Assembly: GCF_001652585.1 (NCBI RefSeq)
Contig: NZ_LWLG01000019.1
Coordinates: 8,101 to 40,100 of the forward strand
Direction of reading: 5' to 3'
DNA from: Thermosulfurimonas dismutans
GTDB lineage: Bacteria; Desulfobacterota; Thermodesulfobacteria; Thermodesulfobacteriales; Thermodesulfobacteriaceae
Length of the DNA stretch: 32,000 nt
The position numbers and the translations under genes were made by a program. The first letter of the stretch is position 1; each line of letters begins with the position of its first letter. Below the pieces are notes generated by a model, which saw only the letters and a program-made list of their open reading frames with translations, was not told where the DNA came from and searched no databases. Below are positions 10,473 through 20,041 of the stretch, in pieces.

Positions 10473-10756
10473 GAAACTCCTAAGGCCTTTTTAACTTCCT
10501 CCGGGGACTGTCCGTGGACAAGGATAATTTTATCCCGAGCCTTCTCTCCCGCAAGCATTTCAATTTCTTTTTTGCGGACTCCGAGCTTTTTGGAAAGGAA
10601 TTCGATAAGGGCCCGATTAGCCTTGCCCTCTACCGGCGGGGCCGCAACTTTTATCTTTAGACTCGCTCCGTGAAAACCGGCAAGCTCAGTCTTCTTCGCT
10701 CCCGGTTGAAGGTGGACTTTGAGAAGCACCCCCTTGGGATGAGCCTCGATCGCCAA
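10469..10756 (-). CDS. yggU: YggU-family protein (DUF167)
   Basis: The core GVLLKVHLQPGAKKTELAG...LKIKVAAPPVEGKANRALIEFLSKKLGV is the DUF167 signature. I prefer the TTG at 10756 because a GGAGG lies 6 nt upstream. The track start at 10807 is also TTG but has no usable SD. Confidence 0.65.
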   Translation of the reverse strand: MAIEAHPKGVLLKVHLQPGAKKTELAGFHGASLKIKVAAPPVEGKANRALIEFLSKKLGVRKKEIEMLAGEKARDKIILVHGQSPEEVKKALGVS

Positions 10757-11165
10757 CTCGTTCCTCCAAGTGCTCGAGATAGGAAAGAAGCAAAGAGCGT
10801 AGATCAAGCCTTATCTTTTCTCTCATTTTCCAGAGCCGCTCAATATCTTCTTCTAAGGCTTTAGCCTCCTTTTCAGCCTCCTCCACTATCTTCCGAGCCT
10901 CAGCTTCGGCCTGGGCCTTTATGGTCTCCGAAAATTCATCCAGCTTGCGCAAGGCCTCTCGAAAGGCCTTGGCCTCGGCCATGAGTTCCTCTATCTCTCG
11001 GTCCTTACGGCTAAGTTCGTCCCTTAACTGATTATTCTCCCGAATAACCTCCTTTACAAAATCGGCCACCTCTTCAAGAAAGGTTCGGACCGCCTTCCGG
11101 CTGTAGCCTACCGGTACCACATTGAAGCTTTTTTCTCTGATATCTTTGGGAGTAAGACGCATCAC
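10686..11165 (-). CDS. divIVA: DivIVA-domain protein
   Basis: The N-terminus MMRLTPKDIREKSFNVVPVGYSRKAVRTFLEEVA is the DivIVA lipid-binding head, followed by coiled coil. Its ATGA overlaps the yggT stop. The 3' tail overlaps yggU out of frame. Confidence 0.7.
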   Translation of the reverse strand: MMRLTPKDIREKSFNVVPVGYSRKAVRTFLEEVADFVKEVIRENNQLRDELSRKDREIEELMAEAKAFREALRKLDEFSETIKAQAEAEARKIVEEAEKEAKALEEDIERLWKMREKIRLDLRSLLLSYLEHLEERVGDRGSSQGGASQSPPSTGSEED

Positions 11166-11458
11166 CTTAACCTTACCGCCAGATCGTAAAGGCTCGGCAC
11201 CAAAAATTGCTGAAGGAAAATGATCAGCAAGATCACAATAAGTGGCGAAAGATCAATCCCCCCCAGAGGAGGCAAAAACCGTCTTACACGATAAAGGACC
11301 GGTTCGGTAATTTGATAAAGAAACCTCACTATGGGATTAAAAGGATCCGGATTGACCCAAGAAATGATAGCTCTAATAATGATGATCCACATATAGAAGG
11401 TCAACACCAGATCGATAACCTTGGCCAAAGCCGTGAGAAAATGTGAAATCACAAACAT
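11162..11458 (-). CDS. yggT: YggT-family membrane protein
   Basis: 98 aa with two TM segments and the YGGT motif region (IIIRAIISWVNPDPFNPIVRFLYQITEPVL...P.LGGIDLSPL). Confidence 0.8.
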   Translation of the reverse strand: MFVISHFLTALAKVIDLVLTFYMWIIIIRAIISWVNPDPFNPIVRFLYQITEPVLYRVRRFLPPLGGIDLSPLIVILLIIFLQQFLVPSLYDLAVRLR

Positions 11459-12490
11459 CTATCCCCTCCCAAAAGGACACACCGGAAACCGACAATCTTT
11501 ACAATGGAGGCAATAACCTCCATGGCCTAGGGCTGCTAAGTCTTCCCGGGTAATGATCTCTCCTGCAATTACCCGGGGAAGGATTAAATCCAAGACGGTC
11601 ACCCCGTGATACATACCGCAGGCCGGTACTCCCAAGATAGCTCGCTCCCCCAGATAGGCCACTAAGAACATGTTCCCAGGAAGCACCGGCGCCCCGTAAG
11701 TGAAGAGCTCAGGATTGAGATCCGCCACGGCTTTTCGGGTAACATCGTCCGGATCTATGGACATCCCTCCAGTAACCAATACCACTTCCGCCCCTTGGGA
11801 AAGAAGGCCCGAGATAGCTTCCCTAATCCTTTCCCGGTCGTCCGGCACAAAGATCGGGCCCAAAACTTCAAGCCCAAAACCCGAAAGTTTAGGAATCATT
11901 ACCGGGGCAAAGGCATCTTTTATACGGCCATAGTAGACTTCGCTTCCCGTAATCACTAGTCCAGCCTTGGACATACTTCGGGGTAGAACTCTCAAAACTC
12001 CCGAACTCTCCGAAGCAATCTTTTCAACTTCCGAAAGTAGGCCTTTTTTCACCACCAACGGGATGGCCCGACCAGCGGCGAGTTTCTCCCCCTTCTTCAC
12101 CCAGAAATTTCCGTGCCGAGTAGTAAGGGCGATCTCCCCAAGAAGGTTTATACGGTAAAGCGCCTCGGTATCTACTTTAAAAAGGCCTTCTCTTTCCGCA
12201 TAAAAGGTGACTTTTCCCTCTCGTATCTCTTCGGAAAAGCCCACGCCATCCCCGGCAACCGCTTTGGCAAGCCTTATCGCGGCTTCGTCTTCGTGAAGCT
12301 CATCTGGCTCCATTTCAAGGACATAGATATGATACTTACCCAAGCGCTTGAGATGAGGAACATCTTCCTCACGAATAACATGACCTTTTTTGAAGGCCCT
12401 CCCCTTAAACTCTCCCGGCCTTATTTCCGTAATATCATGGGGAAGAACCATACCTACCGCTTCTTCTACCGGTATAGTCCGAGTCTTCAC
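11459..12490 (-). CDS. molybdopterin-binding (MoCF biosynthesis, MoeA/MogA-like) domain protein with a C-terminal Cys cluster
   Basis: The central and C-terminal region (GLVITGSEV..., [24 protein letters not shown]) matches the MoCF_biosynth fold. The C-terminus carries [13 protein letters not shown]. The exact function is not assignable. Confidence 0.55.
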   Translation of the reverse strand: MKTRTIPVEEAVGMVLPHDITEIRPGEFKGRAFKKGHVIREEDVPHLKRLGKYHIYVLEMEPDELHEDEAAIRLAKAVAGDGVGFSEEIREGKVTFYAEREGLFKVDTEALYRINLLGEIALTTRHGNFWVKKGEKLAAGRAIPLVVKKGLLSEVEKIASESSGVLRVLPRSMSKAGLVITGSEVYYGRIKDAFAPVMIPKLSGFGLEVLGPIFVPDDRERIREAISGLLSQGAEVVLVTGGMSIDPDDVTRKAVADLNPELFTYGAPVLPGNMFLVAYLGERAILGVPACGMYHGVTVLDLILPRVIAGEIITREDLAALGHGGYCLHCKDCRFPVCPFGRG

Positions 12491-13446
12491 TTACTTCTCT
12501 CCCCTTTTTTCTCGTAAGCCTCAATAATCTTTTGGACCAAAGAATGTCTGACTACATCTTTTTTGGTAAAAAACACAAAAGCAATACCTTCTACATCCTT
12601 TAGAATCTCCACCGCTTCTACTAGCCCCGAACGCTTAGGTTCCGGGAGATCTATCTGCGTAACATCTCCGGTTATAACCGCCTTTGATCCATATCCTAAA
12701 CGCGTTAGGAACATCTTCATCTGGTCGGAGGTAGTATTCTGGGCCTCATCGAGAATAATGAAAGCCTCGTTCAGGGTTCTTCCTCGCATAAAAGCCAAAG
12801 GGGCTACTTCAATCACACCTTTTTGTAGAAGGCGAGAGACCTTGTCGAAAGGAAGCATGTCGTAAAGGGCGTCGTAAAGTGGCCGTAGATAGGGATTGAC
12901 CTTCTCCGCTATGTCGCCGGGGAGAAATCCTAGTTTTTCCCCGGCTTCCACCGCCGGCCTCACCAAAATAATCCGGGAAACCTCACCCCGCATAAGAAAA
13001 GAAACGGCCATAGCCATGGCTAAATATGTCTTTCCGGTACCGGCCGGACCAACTCCAAAAACGATGTCGTTTTGTCGAATAGCTTCAATATAGCGTTTCT
13101 GGGCCACCCCCTTAGGGGTGATAACCTTGCGGCCTGAGGTCACAAAAACAGTATCCAAGAAGATATCCCGCAGGTTGGCCTTCGGATTTTCAGAAAGGAT
13201 ACGGGCGGCGTATTCTACATCACTGGGATAAAGGGTATAGCCGGCTTTAAGTAAGCCGTATAATTCCTCAAAGGCCCTATCCGCAAGTTCGGTATCTATA
13301 GGGTCTCCGGTAATAAGAACCTGGTTCCCACGGGCTGTGATCTGGACCCGAAAGGCCTTTTCCAAGGCCTTTAAATGGGCCCCACGCTCACCAAAAAGAT
13401 GGCGAGCCAGTTTGTAATCCTCGAAAGTTCTTTCAACTGTAACCAA
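12487..13446 (-). CDS. phoH: PhoH-like ATPase (PhoH/YbeZ)
   Basis: It has Walker A ([13 protein letters not shown]) and Walker B (FIILDEAQN), plus [10 protein letters not shown] and an N-terminal KH-like region. Confidence 0.9.
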   Translation of the reverse strand: MVTVERTFEDYKLARHLFGERGAHLKALEKAFRVQITARGNQVLITGDPIDTELADRAFEELYGLLKAGYTLYPSDVEYAARILSENPKANLRDIFLDTVFVTSGRKVITPKGVAQKRYIEAIRQNDIVFGVGPAGTGKTYLAMAMAVSFLMRGEVSRIILVRPAVEAGEKLGFLPGDIAEKVNPYLRPLYDALYDMLPFDKVSRLLQKGVIEVAPLAFMRGRTLNEAFIILDEAQNTTSDQMKMFLTRLGYGSKAVITGDVTQIDLPEPKRSGLVEAVEILKDVEGIAFVFFTKKDVVRHSLVQKIIEAYEKKGERSK

Positions 13447-13480
13447 GTCTCCCTACACCTCCTACGTTATTTATTAAATT

Positions 13481-15256
13481 TTACACCACATAAATCAGAT
13501 TTTCAGCTCGACGCATTTTTTCGAGTTGCTGGTTATAAAAGTTAATTACTTCCCGTCGACTTATCATTCCGAGAAAAATCCGGGGATCTTCGGTTTTTAC
13601 AACCGGAAGTTGATCAATGTTCCGAATGGTAAACTTCCGCAAAACGGTATTGATATCTTCTTCGGGATGGGTGGTAATCACATCCCTGCGAGCAATATCT
13701 TTGATAATCAAAAGATCCCAAAGATCTTCATTTAGGAGATAGGGCCGAACATCATTAATTGAGAATATCCCCGAGAGCCGTCCTTCGGCATCCACCACTG
13801 GGAAATATTGCTGTTCCGTCCGGCCAAACAGTTTTACGAACTGTCTCAAGGTCATATCCTCTGGAATTACCGCCCAGACCTTTTCTGGCTGAAAGATATC
13901 TTTGACTTTGATGTCCGCCAGAATGTCGGTAAAGAATTCTCCGCGGTGAGCCGGCGAATGTACCCGGTTCGGCACCTGAGAGTCGTAGAGACTCTTTACA
14001 GGCAACGGGGAAGACAGGGCCGTCTGCACGATATAGGCCAGCATCACGGAAAGGGTCGTAGCCGGCATAAGGGCGAAGGCCCCTGTAATTTCAAGAACGA
14101 TAAAGATGTTGGCCATAGGGGCCCTGGCTGCGGCCCCAAAAACTGAGGCCATGCCAATCACCACGTAAGGAGCCGGAGGCTGATTAAAAAGATAGGCTAC
14201 GAAACCGCCGAGCATGCCACCTACAAAAAGGCTAGGGGCAAAATCTCCGCCTGAGCCGCCCGAGCCAATAGTAAGGGAGAAAGCCAAAATCTTGGCCAGA
14301 CATAGAAGAAGCATAAGTTTCCCGGGGAGCTCTCCATCGATGGCTTTCTGTAACCAGCCGTAGCCTATACCGAGCACCTGAGGCAAAGCCAATCCCATGA
14401 GTCCCAGGAGTAGCCCCCCAAACGCTGAACGCAGATAAAAGGGTAGGGGCAGACGCTCAAATAACCTTTGGGTATAGTGAAAAACCAAGGGAGCAATAGT
14501 CCCCACAATCCCTGCAAGCACTCCAAGGACCAAAAAACCTAAATACTGTTCCGGGGAGGTTATGGAAAGGTCCTCCGGGACCCGAAAGAGGGGTTCCCAG
14601 CCCACCACGAACCCGCTCACCAGATAGGCCACTCCCGCGGAAAAGATGCAGTAAATCAGGGCTTGGGTCTCGAACTCGATTTGACTATAAAGAACTTCTA
14701 CCGCAAAAAAGGCCGTCCCCATAGGCGAACGGAAAATGGCCGAAAGGGCCCCGGACATACCCATTAGGAGAAGGAGACGCCTTTCGCTAGAAGATCTTCG
14801 AAAAAGGGTCCCATATAGAGAACCAATGCCGGCCCCGATCTGTGAGGCTGGTCCCTCTCGACCGGCTGAACCTCCCGAACCTAAAGTGATGGCGGAAGCA
14901 AACATCTTCACCCAGGGTACTCGGGCCCGGATGTAGCCCTCAAGAAAATGAAAGGCCCTGATAGCAGCCTCGGTTCCGTGTCCTCGGGCTTCGGGAGCCA
15001 GGAGATATACCAAAAGCCCGGAAAGGAAACCTCCTATGGTGGTCACTAGGGGAATAAGGGCCAAGCCATATGGCCCTACGACTTCCTGAGGAAGGCCGCC
15101 TTCATTAGGAAGTCCAGGAGGATGATAGAGCGCAATTTTTCCTAAAAAGAACTCCTGGGAAAAATCTACCATGAGGCTAAAAAGCCGGGCGACAATGGCC
15201 CCTACTAATCCCAGGAAAACGGCATCCAGAAGAAGTCTGGCCTGCTTCCTTTTCAA
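13481..15256 (-). CDS. ClC-family chloride channel / H+-Cl- antiporter with a C-terminal CBS pair
   Basis: 591 aa with multiple TM helices, ClC selectivity motifs (GSGGSAGREGP, GGDFAPSLF) and two CBS modules in the last ~140 aa. Confidence 0.9.
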   Translation of the reverse strand: MKRKQARLLLDAVFLGLVGAIVARLFSLMVDFSQEFFLGKIALYHPPGLPNEGGLPQEVVGPYGLALIPLVTTIGGFLSGLLVYLLAPEARGHGTEAAIRAFHFLEGYIRARVPWVKMFASAITLGSGGSAGREGPASQIGAGIGSLYGTLFRRSSSERRLLLLMGMSGALSAIFRSPMGTAFFAVEVLYSQIEFETQALIYCIFSAGVAYLVSGFVVGWEPLFRVPEDLSITSPEQYLGFLVLGVLAGIVGTIAPLVFHYTQRLFERLPLPFYLRSAFGGLLLGLMGLALPQVLGIGYGWLQKAIDGELPGKLMLLLCLAKILAFSLTIGSGGSGGDFAPSLFVGGMLGGFVAYLFNQPPAPYVVIGMASVFGAAARAPMANIFIVLEITGAFALMPATTLSVMLAYIVQTALSSPLPVKSLYDSQVPNRVHSPAHRGEFFTDILADIKVKDIFQPEKVWAVIPEDMTLRQFVKLFGRTEQQYFPVVDAEGRLSGIFSINDVRPYLLNEDLWDLLIIKDIARRDVITTHPEEDINTVLRKFTIRNIDQLPVVKTEDPRIFLGMISRREVINFYNQQLEKMRRAENLIYVV

Positions 15257-15327
15257 AGAATAAGTACCTCCTTACCTCTTTGAAGTTCTCTCTAATATAC
15301 CTTTTTGACCTCTTTATCCAAGCCTGC

Positions 15328-15357
15328 TTGCTTTTTTAAGCTCTTTTGTGGTATGCT
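15328..15357 (+). promoter_or_regulatory. candidate sigma70-type promoter for the flavin reductase operon
   Basis: TTGCTT (15328-15333), an 18-nt spacer, then TGgTATGCT (extended -10, TATGCT at 15352-15357), followed by a GAGGAGG SD. This is a pattern match only. Confidence 0.25.
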
Positions 15358-15388
15358 TTCATAAATTCTTGCTACGAGGAGGTAACCT

Positions 15389-15868
15389 ATGGGTCTCCAA
15401 AAACTCATAACCCAATATATTCCCCAGGGGGTTTATGTAATTACGGTAAGACATGGAGAAAAGATAAACGGCATGACTGCCGCTTGGGTGGGACAAGTCT
15501 CTTTCAAACCTCGGTTGCTCTCGGTAGCTATTGCGCCTCAACGTTATACCTATGAACTCCTCAAGGAATCCGGAGTTTTCTGCATCAACGTCTTAGGAGA
15601 GGATCAGGTCGACTTAGCCCGACATTTCGGTTTCAAATCCGGGCGGGACGAAAACAAGTTTGAGGGGGTTCCTTACCTAAACGCCCTTAAAGGTTCCCCA
15701 GTGCTCAAGGTGGCCATTGCTTATTTTGAGTGTACGGTAGTTTCTACCTGCGAAGCCGGTGATCACGTGCTTTTCATCGGAGAAGTCGGGGATTATGCTG
15801 TCCAGGTAGAAGGGGCCAAGCCTCTCATCTTCCGTTGGAACGATTATTTTGGAGGGGTGGAGGCTTAA
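15389..15868 (+). CDS. flavin reductase-like FMN-binding protein (split-barrel)
   Basis: 159 aa. The segment INGMTAAWVGQVSFKPRLLSVAIAP...GVFCINVL...GDHVLFIGEV is the Flavin_Reduct domain pattern. A strong SD is present. Confidence 0.75.
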   Translation: MGLQKLITQYIPQGVYVITVRHGEKINGMTAAWVGQVSFKPRLLSVAIAPQRYTYELLKESGVFCINVLGEDQVDLARHFGFKSGRDENKFEGVPYLNALKGSPVLKVAIAYFECTVVSTCEAGDHVLFIGEVGDYAVQVEGAKPLIFRWNDYFGGVEA

Positions 15869-16519
15869 ATGAGAAGGGAAGAAACTGCCGCGGGAGAGGA
15901 AATTTTAGTCCTCCATGAAAGATGGGTTAGAGTCGTACAAAAACATCTGCGCGAGATAGTAACGGCGATAGTAGCCATAGTCCTAGTGCTTTCACTCCTG
16001 ACAGGCTACCGAACTTATCATGAAAGAAAAGAGGCCAAAGCCGCTCTTCTTTACGCTCAGGCCATCTCTTTGAAAGATATGGAGGCCGCCCGAAAAAAAT
16101 TAGAAGAGGTGGCCCAAAAGTATTCCGGAACAGTAGCTGCCAGGGAGGCCCTTCTAAATCTCTGGGAGTTGTCTCTGGCGAAACGAAGCCCTGATCTCCA
16201 AACGAGACTTAAAGCTTTAAAAAGAAAAGCTCCTGGTGAACTCAAGTTTTCCTTCTCTCTGGCCGAGGGGTATCTCCTGGAAGAAAAGGGAAAATATAAG
16301 GAAGCCGAGCAAAAGTATCAAAAGGTTCTTAAAAAGGCTCCCTTTTCGGGCATAGTAGTCTATGCTGACTTGGCCCGAGTTTACGAGGCCTTAAAGGATT
16401 GGCCCAAGGCCCTTGAGGCCTATCGGAAGTATCTTGAACTCAAGCCTCCTTCAGGTGGCCTCCACTTTGTAGAATACAAACTTGCCAAAATAGAACAGGC
16501 CCTTTCAAAAACAAAATGA
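15869..16519 (+). CDS. membrane-anchored TPR-like protein (YfgM-like architecture)
   Basis: It has one N-terminal TM helix followed by TPR-like helical repeats (EGYLLEEKGKYKEAEQKYQKVLKK..., ARVYEALKDWPKALEAYRKYLEL). Its ATG abuts the upstream stop. Confidence 0.45.
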   Translation: MRREETAAGEEILVLHERWVRVVQKHLREIVTAIVAIVLVLSLLTGYRTYHERKEAKAALLYAQAISLKDMEAARKKLEEVAQKYSGTVAAREALLNLWELSLAKRSPDLQTRLKALKRKAPGELKFSFSLAEGYLLEEKGKYKEAEQKYQKVLKKAPFSGIVVYADLARVYEALKDWPKALEAYRKYLELKPPSGGLHFVEYKLAKIEQALSKTK

Positions 16520-17007
16520 GCCTTCTCATTTTTCAGCGTCTAGCCGAAGAAAGGATCAGGGAAGCCATTCGGAAAGGAGAATTTGACAATCTCCCTGGCA
16601 AAGGCAAACCCCTAAAGCTTGAGGACCTGAGCCTCGTTCCGGAAGAACTTCGCTTGGCTTACAAAGTCCTCAAAAATGCTGGCTTTGTGCCCCCAGAAGT
16701 GCAACTGCAAAAGGAGATTCGCAATCTGGAAGATCTCCTTGAAACTTTGGGAGATGAAGAAGTGGAAAAGCAGTACCGGGTAATAAAACGACTTAATTTC
16801 CTTATCATGCAGTTGAATCAGTTCCAACGGAAATCCGTGTTGCTTGAAAAAGAGCAATATTATTACCAAAAAGTGGCCGAAAGAGTCGAACGTTTAAGGG
16901 CCAAAGAGAAAAAAAACGCCGGACGATCGATAGACTGGTCAAGCCTTTCACAAAAGGTAACGCTGACGAGATATCTTTCCGATTCTTCTTTAAAGAAGCG
17001 CTCCTAA
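16516..17007 (+). CDS. DUF1992 (DnaJC28-like) domain protein
   Basis: The N-terminal AEERIREAIRKGEFDNLPGKGKPL motif is characteristic of DUF1992. Its ATGA overlaps the upstream gene. Confidence 0.6.
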   Translation: MSLLIFQRLAEERIREAIRKGEFDNLPGKGKPLKLEDLSLVPEELRLAYKVLKNAGFVPPEVQLQKEIRNLEDLLETLGDEEVEKQYRVIKRLNFLIMQLNQFQRKSVLLEKEQYYYQKVAERVERLRAKEKKNAGRSIDWSSLSQKVTLTRYLSDSSLKKRS

Positions 17008-17011
17008 CCGC

Positions 17012-17039
17012 TTGACACCCAGAGCTAGTGGTTTAATGT
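17012..17039 (+). promoter_or_regulatory. candidate promoter of tRNA-Pro
   Basis: TTGACA (17012-17017), a 16-nt spacer, then TAATGT (17034-17039). The tRNA 5' end lies 10 nt downstream. Confidence 0.4.
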
Positions 17040-17048
17040 AAAGGGCGT

Positions 17049-17125
17049 CGGGACGTAGCTCAGCCTGGCAGAGCACTGGCTTCGGGAGTCAGGGGTCGCA
17101 GGTTCAAATCCTGCCGTCCCGACCA
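17049..17125 (+). tRNA. tRNA-Pro (anticodon CGG), CCA encoded
   Basis: I folded the cloverleaf by hand. The acceptor stem is CGGGACG/CGTCCCG and the D arm is GCTC...GAGC. The anticodon stem is CTGGC/GTCAG with loop TTCGGGA (anticodon CGG). The T arm is GCAGG-TTCAAAT-CCTGC, with discriminator A followed by CCA. Confidence 0.9.
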
Positions 17126-17129
17126 AAAA

Positions 17130-17560
17130 TTAACGATTTCTTGAGGACTTACGAAAGATTATTCCTTGCCTAAGGCACTTTTGGAACACCTGTCCTCTAA
17201 CTTCCCAGTAAGTCGCAAAAATTCTGTTGCAATTCATTCTCAATAAGGCGGGTTTCTTCAAATCCATTCCCGATTTTGGGCAATTATTCGCGATTTTCCC
17301 CCACACTCGTGGGCTTAAGGTTGCAAGTGAGAATATAATATCTTTTAAATACAGAAATGAGGAGGCAAGCATGGCTATTGATCAGGCTAGGCACATGAAG
17401 TTGAGTACATAGAACCGGCAAAGTTTTTCAGAAAATCAAATAACTTTTGAGCTGTCTTGAAATTTAGGCCCTTTCGGATAGCGGAGTCAACAAATTTTTC
17501 CCGGTGGAGCTCTAGCTCCTCCCTAAATTTTCTTCCCCAGGCCCGAGTGCTTTTGGTTAG
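17130..17560 (-). pseudogene. decayed internal fragment of a DNA polymerase III alpha (DnaE)-like gene
   Basis: On the minus strand, one frame reads TRAWGRKFREELELHREKFVDSAIRKGLNFKTAQKLFDFLKNFAG and then a stop. This parallels DnaE ...RRAMGKKKxExMxxxRExFVxGAxxxGxxxxxAxxIFDxIxKFAGYGFNKSHA. After frame changes, INSHA and then ...YLK...F.LATLS...GKIANNCPKSGMDLKKP continue the DnaE order (FNKSHA, AYLKAHYP, FMAALLS, DKVxxYIxECxxMGIxVLPP). The fragment has no start codon and at least two frame breaks. Confidence 0.45.
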
Positions 17561-17740
17561 TTGTGGTTATATTCTCAAATGTTAAGAAAACAGTTGCCTT
17601 ATTAAAAATGGATATATCGAGAGGACTTTGTAAAGGTCTCTAAAAAATAGATTTAATCGAGCTAGTTAAACATGAAATAGCACTCTATAGCTGGTAAAAC
17701 GGATAATAATGGCTAAATAGTTCTAAGGAGGCCCTAAGAT

Positions 17741-19162
17741 ATGTTTCCGGAATGGGGTTATTTACTGATGGGTTTTTTGATCGGAGGCGGGGCTTTGTGG
17801 TTACACGCCAAACGGGAAAGGAATGAACTTTTCCAGAAATTTGAAGGCCTGCAAGAAGAACTGATCCAGAAAAAGACGGAGCTGGCGCAGCTCAGTGAAA
17901 GATTGGCCCGAGAAGAGCAGTACAGAGAGAAGCTGGAGACGGAAAAGGCCGAACTCTTCGAGAGACTTGAGGAAGCCCAAAAGGAACTCGCCCTGCGGCA
18001 GGCAGAAATTGCCAAGCTCAAGGAAAGGATAACCCAGGAGGAAGAACATTTCCGGGAAAAACTCGAGATCATAGAGAAGGCCCAAAAGGAGCTGGAAAAC
18101 ACCTTCAAGGCCCTGTCTTCGGAGATTTTTCAGAAAAACACGGAAAATTTCTTAAAGCTAGCCCAGGATCGTCTTTCCGTTTTCAGAGAGGAAATTCAGG
18201 GGCAACTCAAAGCCAAAGAGGAGGCCATTGACCGGCTGACCCAGCCTATAAAGGAGGCCTTGGAGAAGGTAAACCGCGAAATCAAGGAGATGGAGGAGAA
18301 ACGAGAGGGGGCTTACAAAAGTCTTCAAGAGAGCCTCCGAAACCTGGTGGAGGTATATCTCCCAAGGCTTCAAAAAGAGACGGAAAATCTTTCGAGAGCC
18401 CTCAGACAGCCTAGAATAAGGGGCAGGTGGGGAGAAATTCAGCTAAAGCGTGTGGTAGAAATGGTGGGGATGCTTCCTAAGTGTGACTTTGAGGAACAGA
18501 CATCTTTTTCCACCGATGAGAGGACCCTCCGGCCGGACATGATCATCAGGCTTCCAGGAGGGAGGATTATTGCGGTGGACGCCAAGGTTCCCTTTGAGGT
18601 CTACATAGAGGCCATTGAAGAAGAAAACGAGGATGAGGCGCACAAAAAGATACAGGAATATGTGGCGGGGCTCAAAAACCATATTAAAAGTCTATCCCAG
18701 AAAAGATACTGGGAGGCGATAGAGTCCCGGTGGCAAAAGAGCCCGGAATTTGTCATTCTCTTTTTGCCGGCTGAAGGCCTGTTTTCGGCGGCTTTAAAGA
18801 GCGATCCCGAGATCGTGGAGTTCGGTGCCAAACACAAGGTCCTTCTGGCCACCCCGATAACCCTCATAGCCATCCTCAAGGCCGTGGCTTACGCTTGGCA
18901 GGAACAGGAGCTTGCCGAAAACGCGAGGGAGATCGCCCATTTAGGGAAGCAACTTTATGAGCGTCTTAGAGTTCTCACCGAGCACTTCAATGATCTGGGA
19001 AACAGACTAAAGCAGGCGGTAGAGGCCTACAACAAAACCGTGCGTTCTTACGAAAGCCGAATTCTGGTCACCGCCCGGAAGTTTGAGGATTTCCGCATGA
19101 TCTCCCCGGAAAAGAAAATCCCTGACTTAACCGAAATTTCCACCTATCCTTTGGAGAAATAA
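17741..19162 (+). CDS. rmuC: DNA recombination protein RmuC
   Basis: 473 aa with an N-terminal TM helix and a long coiled coil. The RmuC nuclease-like core follows (RGRWGEIQLKRVVEMVGM...RPDMIIRLPGGRIIAVDAKVP...FLPAEGLF). A TAAGGAGG SD is present. Confidence 0.85.
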   Translation: MFPEWGYLLMGFLIGGGALWLHAKRERNELFQKFEGLQEELIQKKTELAQLSERLAREEQYREKLETEKAELFERLEEAQKELALRQAEIAKLKERITQEEEHFREKLEIIEKAQKELENTFKALSSEIFQKNTENFLKLAQDRLSVFREEIQGQLKAKEEAIDRLTQPIKEALEKVNREIKEMEEKREGAYKSLQESLRNLVEVYLPRLQKETENLSRALRQPRIRGRWGEIQLKRVVEMVGMLPKCDFEEQTSFSTDERTLRPDMIIRLPGGRIIAVDAKVPFEVYIEAIEEENEDEAHKKIQEYVAGLKNHIKSLSQKRYWEAIESRWQKSPEFVILFLPAEGLFSAALKSDPEIVEFGAKHKVLLATPITLIAILKAVAYAWQEQELAENAREIAHLGKQLYERLRVLTEHFNDLGNRLKQAVEAYNKTVRSYESRILVTARKFEDFRMISPEKKIPDLTEISTYPLEK

Positions 19163-19316
19163 AAACTTTTCTATCCACTCGAAGATACGTTGTTCCCGTT
19201 CTGGTTTGTCTTTTTTGCAGGTCTATCACCGATGGAATGATATATGGTGGTAGCCTGGGGTCTACGCTTGAGATTGGGGCAGTTTGGGTGTATTAAATTG
19301 TAGTGGAGGTGATGAA

Positions 19317-19535
19317 ATGCGAGCAGTTTTGTCGGTAAGCCTTCCCGAAAAGCTGGCCAGGGAGTTGGAGGCTTTCGCCAAGGAAACCGGCCGCAATAAA
19401 AGCGATATCGTACGAGAGTCTCTAACCCTTTATCTCTGGGAAGCCCGGTTCAAGCGTCTTAGAAAGCAGCTCAGGCCTTTCGCCAAAAAGGCTGGTTTGA
19501 TGACCGAGGAAGATGTTTTTGAGCAGATTTCATGA
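19317..19535 (+). CDS. ribbon-helix-helix (CopG-family) antitoxin
   Basis: I prefer the ATG at 19317 because GGAGGTGA lies upstream. MRAVLSVSLPEKLARELEAFAKETGRNKSDIVRESL fits the RHH beta-alpha-alpha pattern. Its stop overlaps the PIN gene start (ATGA). Confidence 0.7.
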   Translation: MRAVLSVSLPEKLARELEAFAKETGRNKSDIVRESLTLYLWEARFKRLRKQLRPFAKKAGLMTEEDVFEQIS

Positions 19536-19933
19536 GGGTAGTCTTCGATACAAATGTTTTGGTGGCGGCTTTTGTCACGGAAGGATTATGTTCTGTGTTA
19601 CTCGCCCGTGCTCGTCGAGGAGAATTTGATCTTTTCGTTTGCCCGAAGATTTTGGAAGAATTTGAAAGGATTCTATCGGAAAAGATAAAAGTTCCGCGAG
19701 CCCTGATTGAAGAAGCTTTAAGTATGATCTTGGAAGCCTCCGAGATGATACAGCCCACTAGAGCCATTCAAGGAGTTTGCCGCGACGAAGATGATGACCA
19801 GATCCTGGCCTGTGCCCTTTCAGCCGAAGCGGATTACCTCGTGAGCGGGGATAAAGATCTTTTGGAGATTGGTAGCTTTGGAAACCTTAAAATCGTCCCT
19901 CCGAGAGATTTTGAGGCCTTGTTTGAGGATTAA
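19532..19933 (+). CDS. PIN-domain toxin (VapC-like ribonuclease)
   Basis: 133 aa with the acidic PIN residues in VVFDTNVL, DEDDDQIL and SGDKDLL. It is translationally coupled to the upstream RHH gene. Confidence 0.8.
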   Translation: MRVVFDTNVLVAAFVTEGLCSVLLARARRGEFDLFVCPKILEEFERILSEKIKVPRALIEEALSMILEASEMIQPTRAIQGVCRDEDDDQILACALSAEADYLVSGDKDLLEIGSFGNLKIVPPRDFEALFED

Positions 19934-20041
19934 GTATTGCCTAGTGATTCTAGTTTACGGTGCAACTCGCCCCTTTTCTATGGAACTCTTTTTTGTTATG
20001 GTTGGGAAAAGTCAGGGGGGTAAAACGGCCGTCCAAGGCGA

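Noticed and set aside
17227-17412. A plus-strand 61-aa ORF and a minus-strand 80-aa ORF (17130-17372) considered as genuine genes next to the tRNA.
   Set aside because: Neither has an SD or any recognisable motifs. The minus-strand ORF is one frame segment of the decayed DnaE-like fragment.
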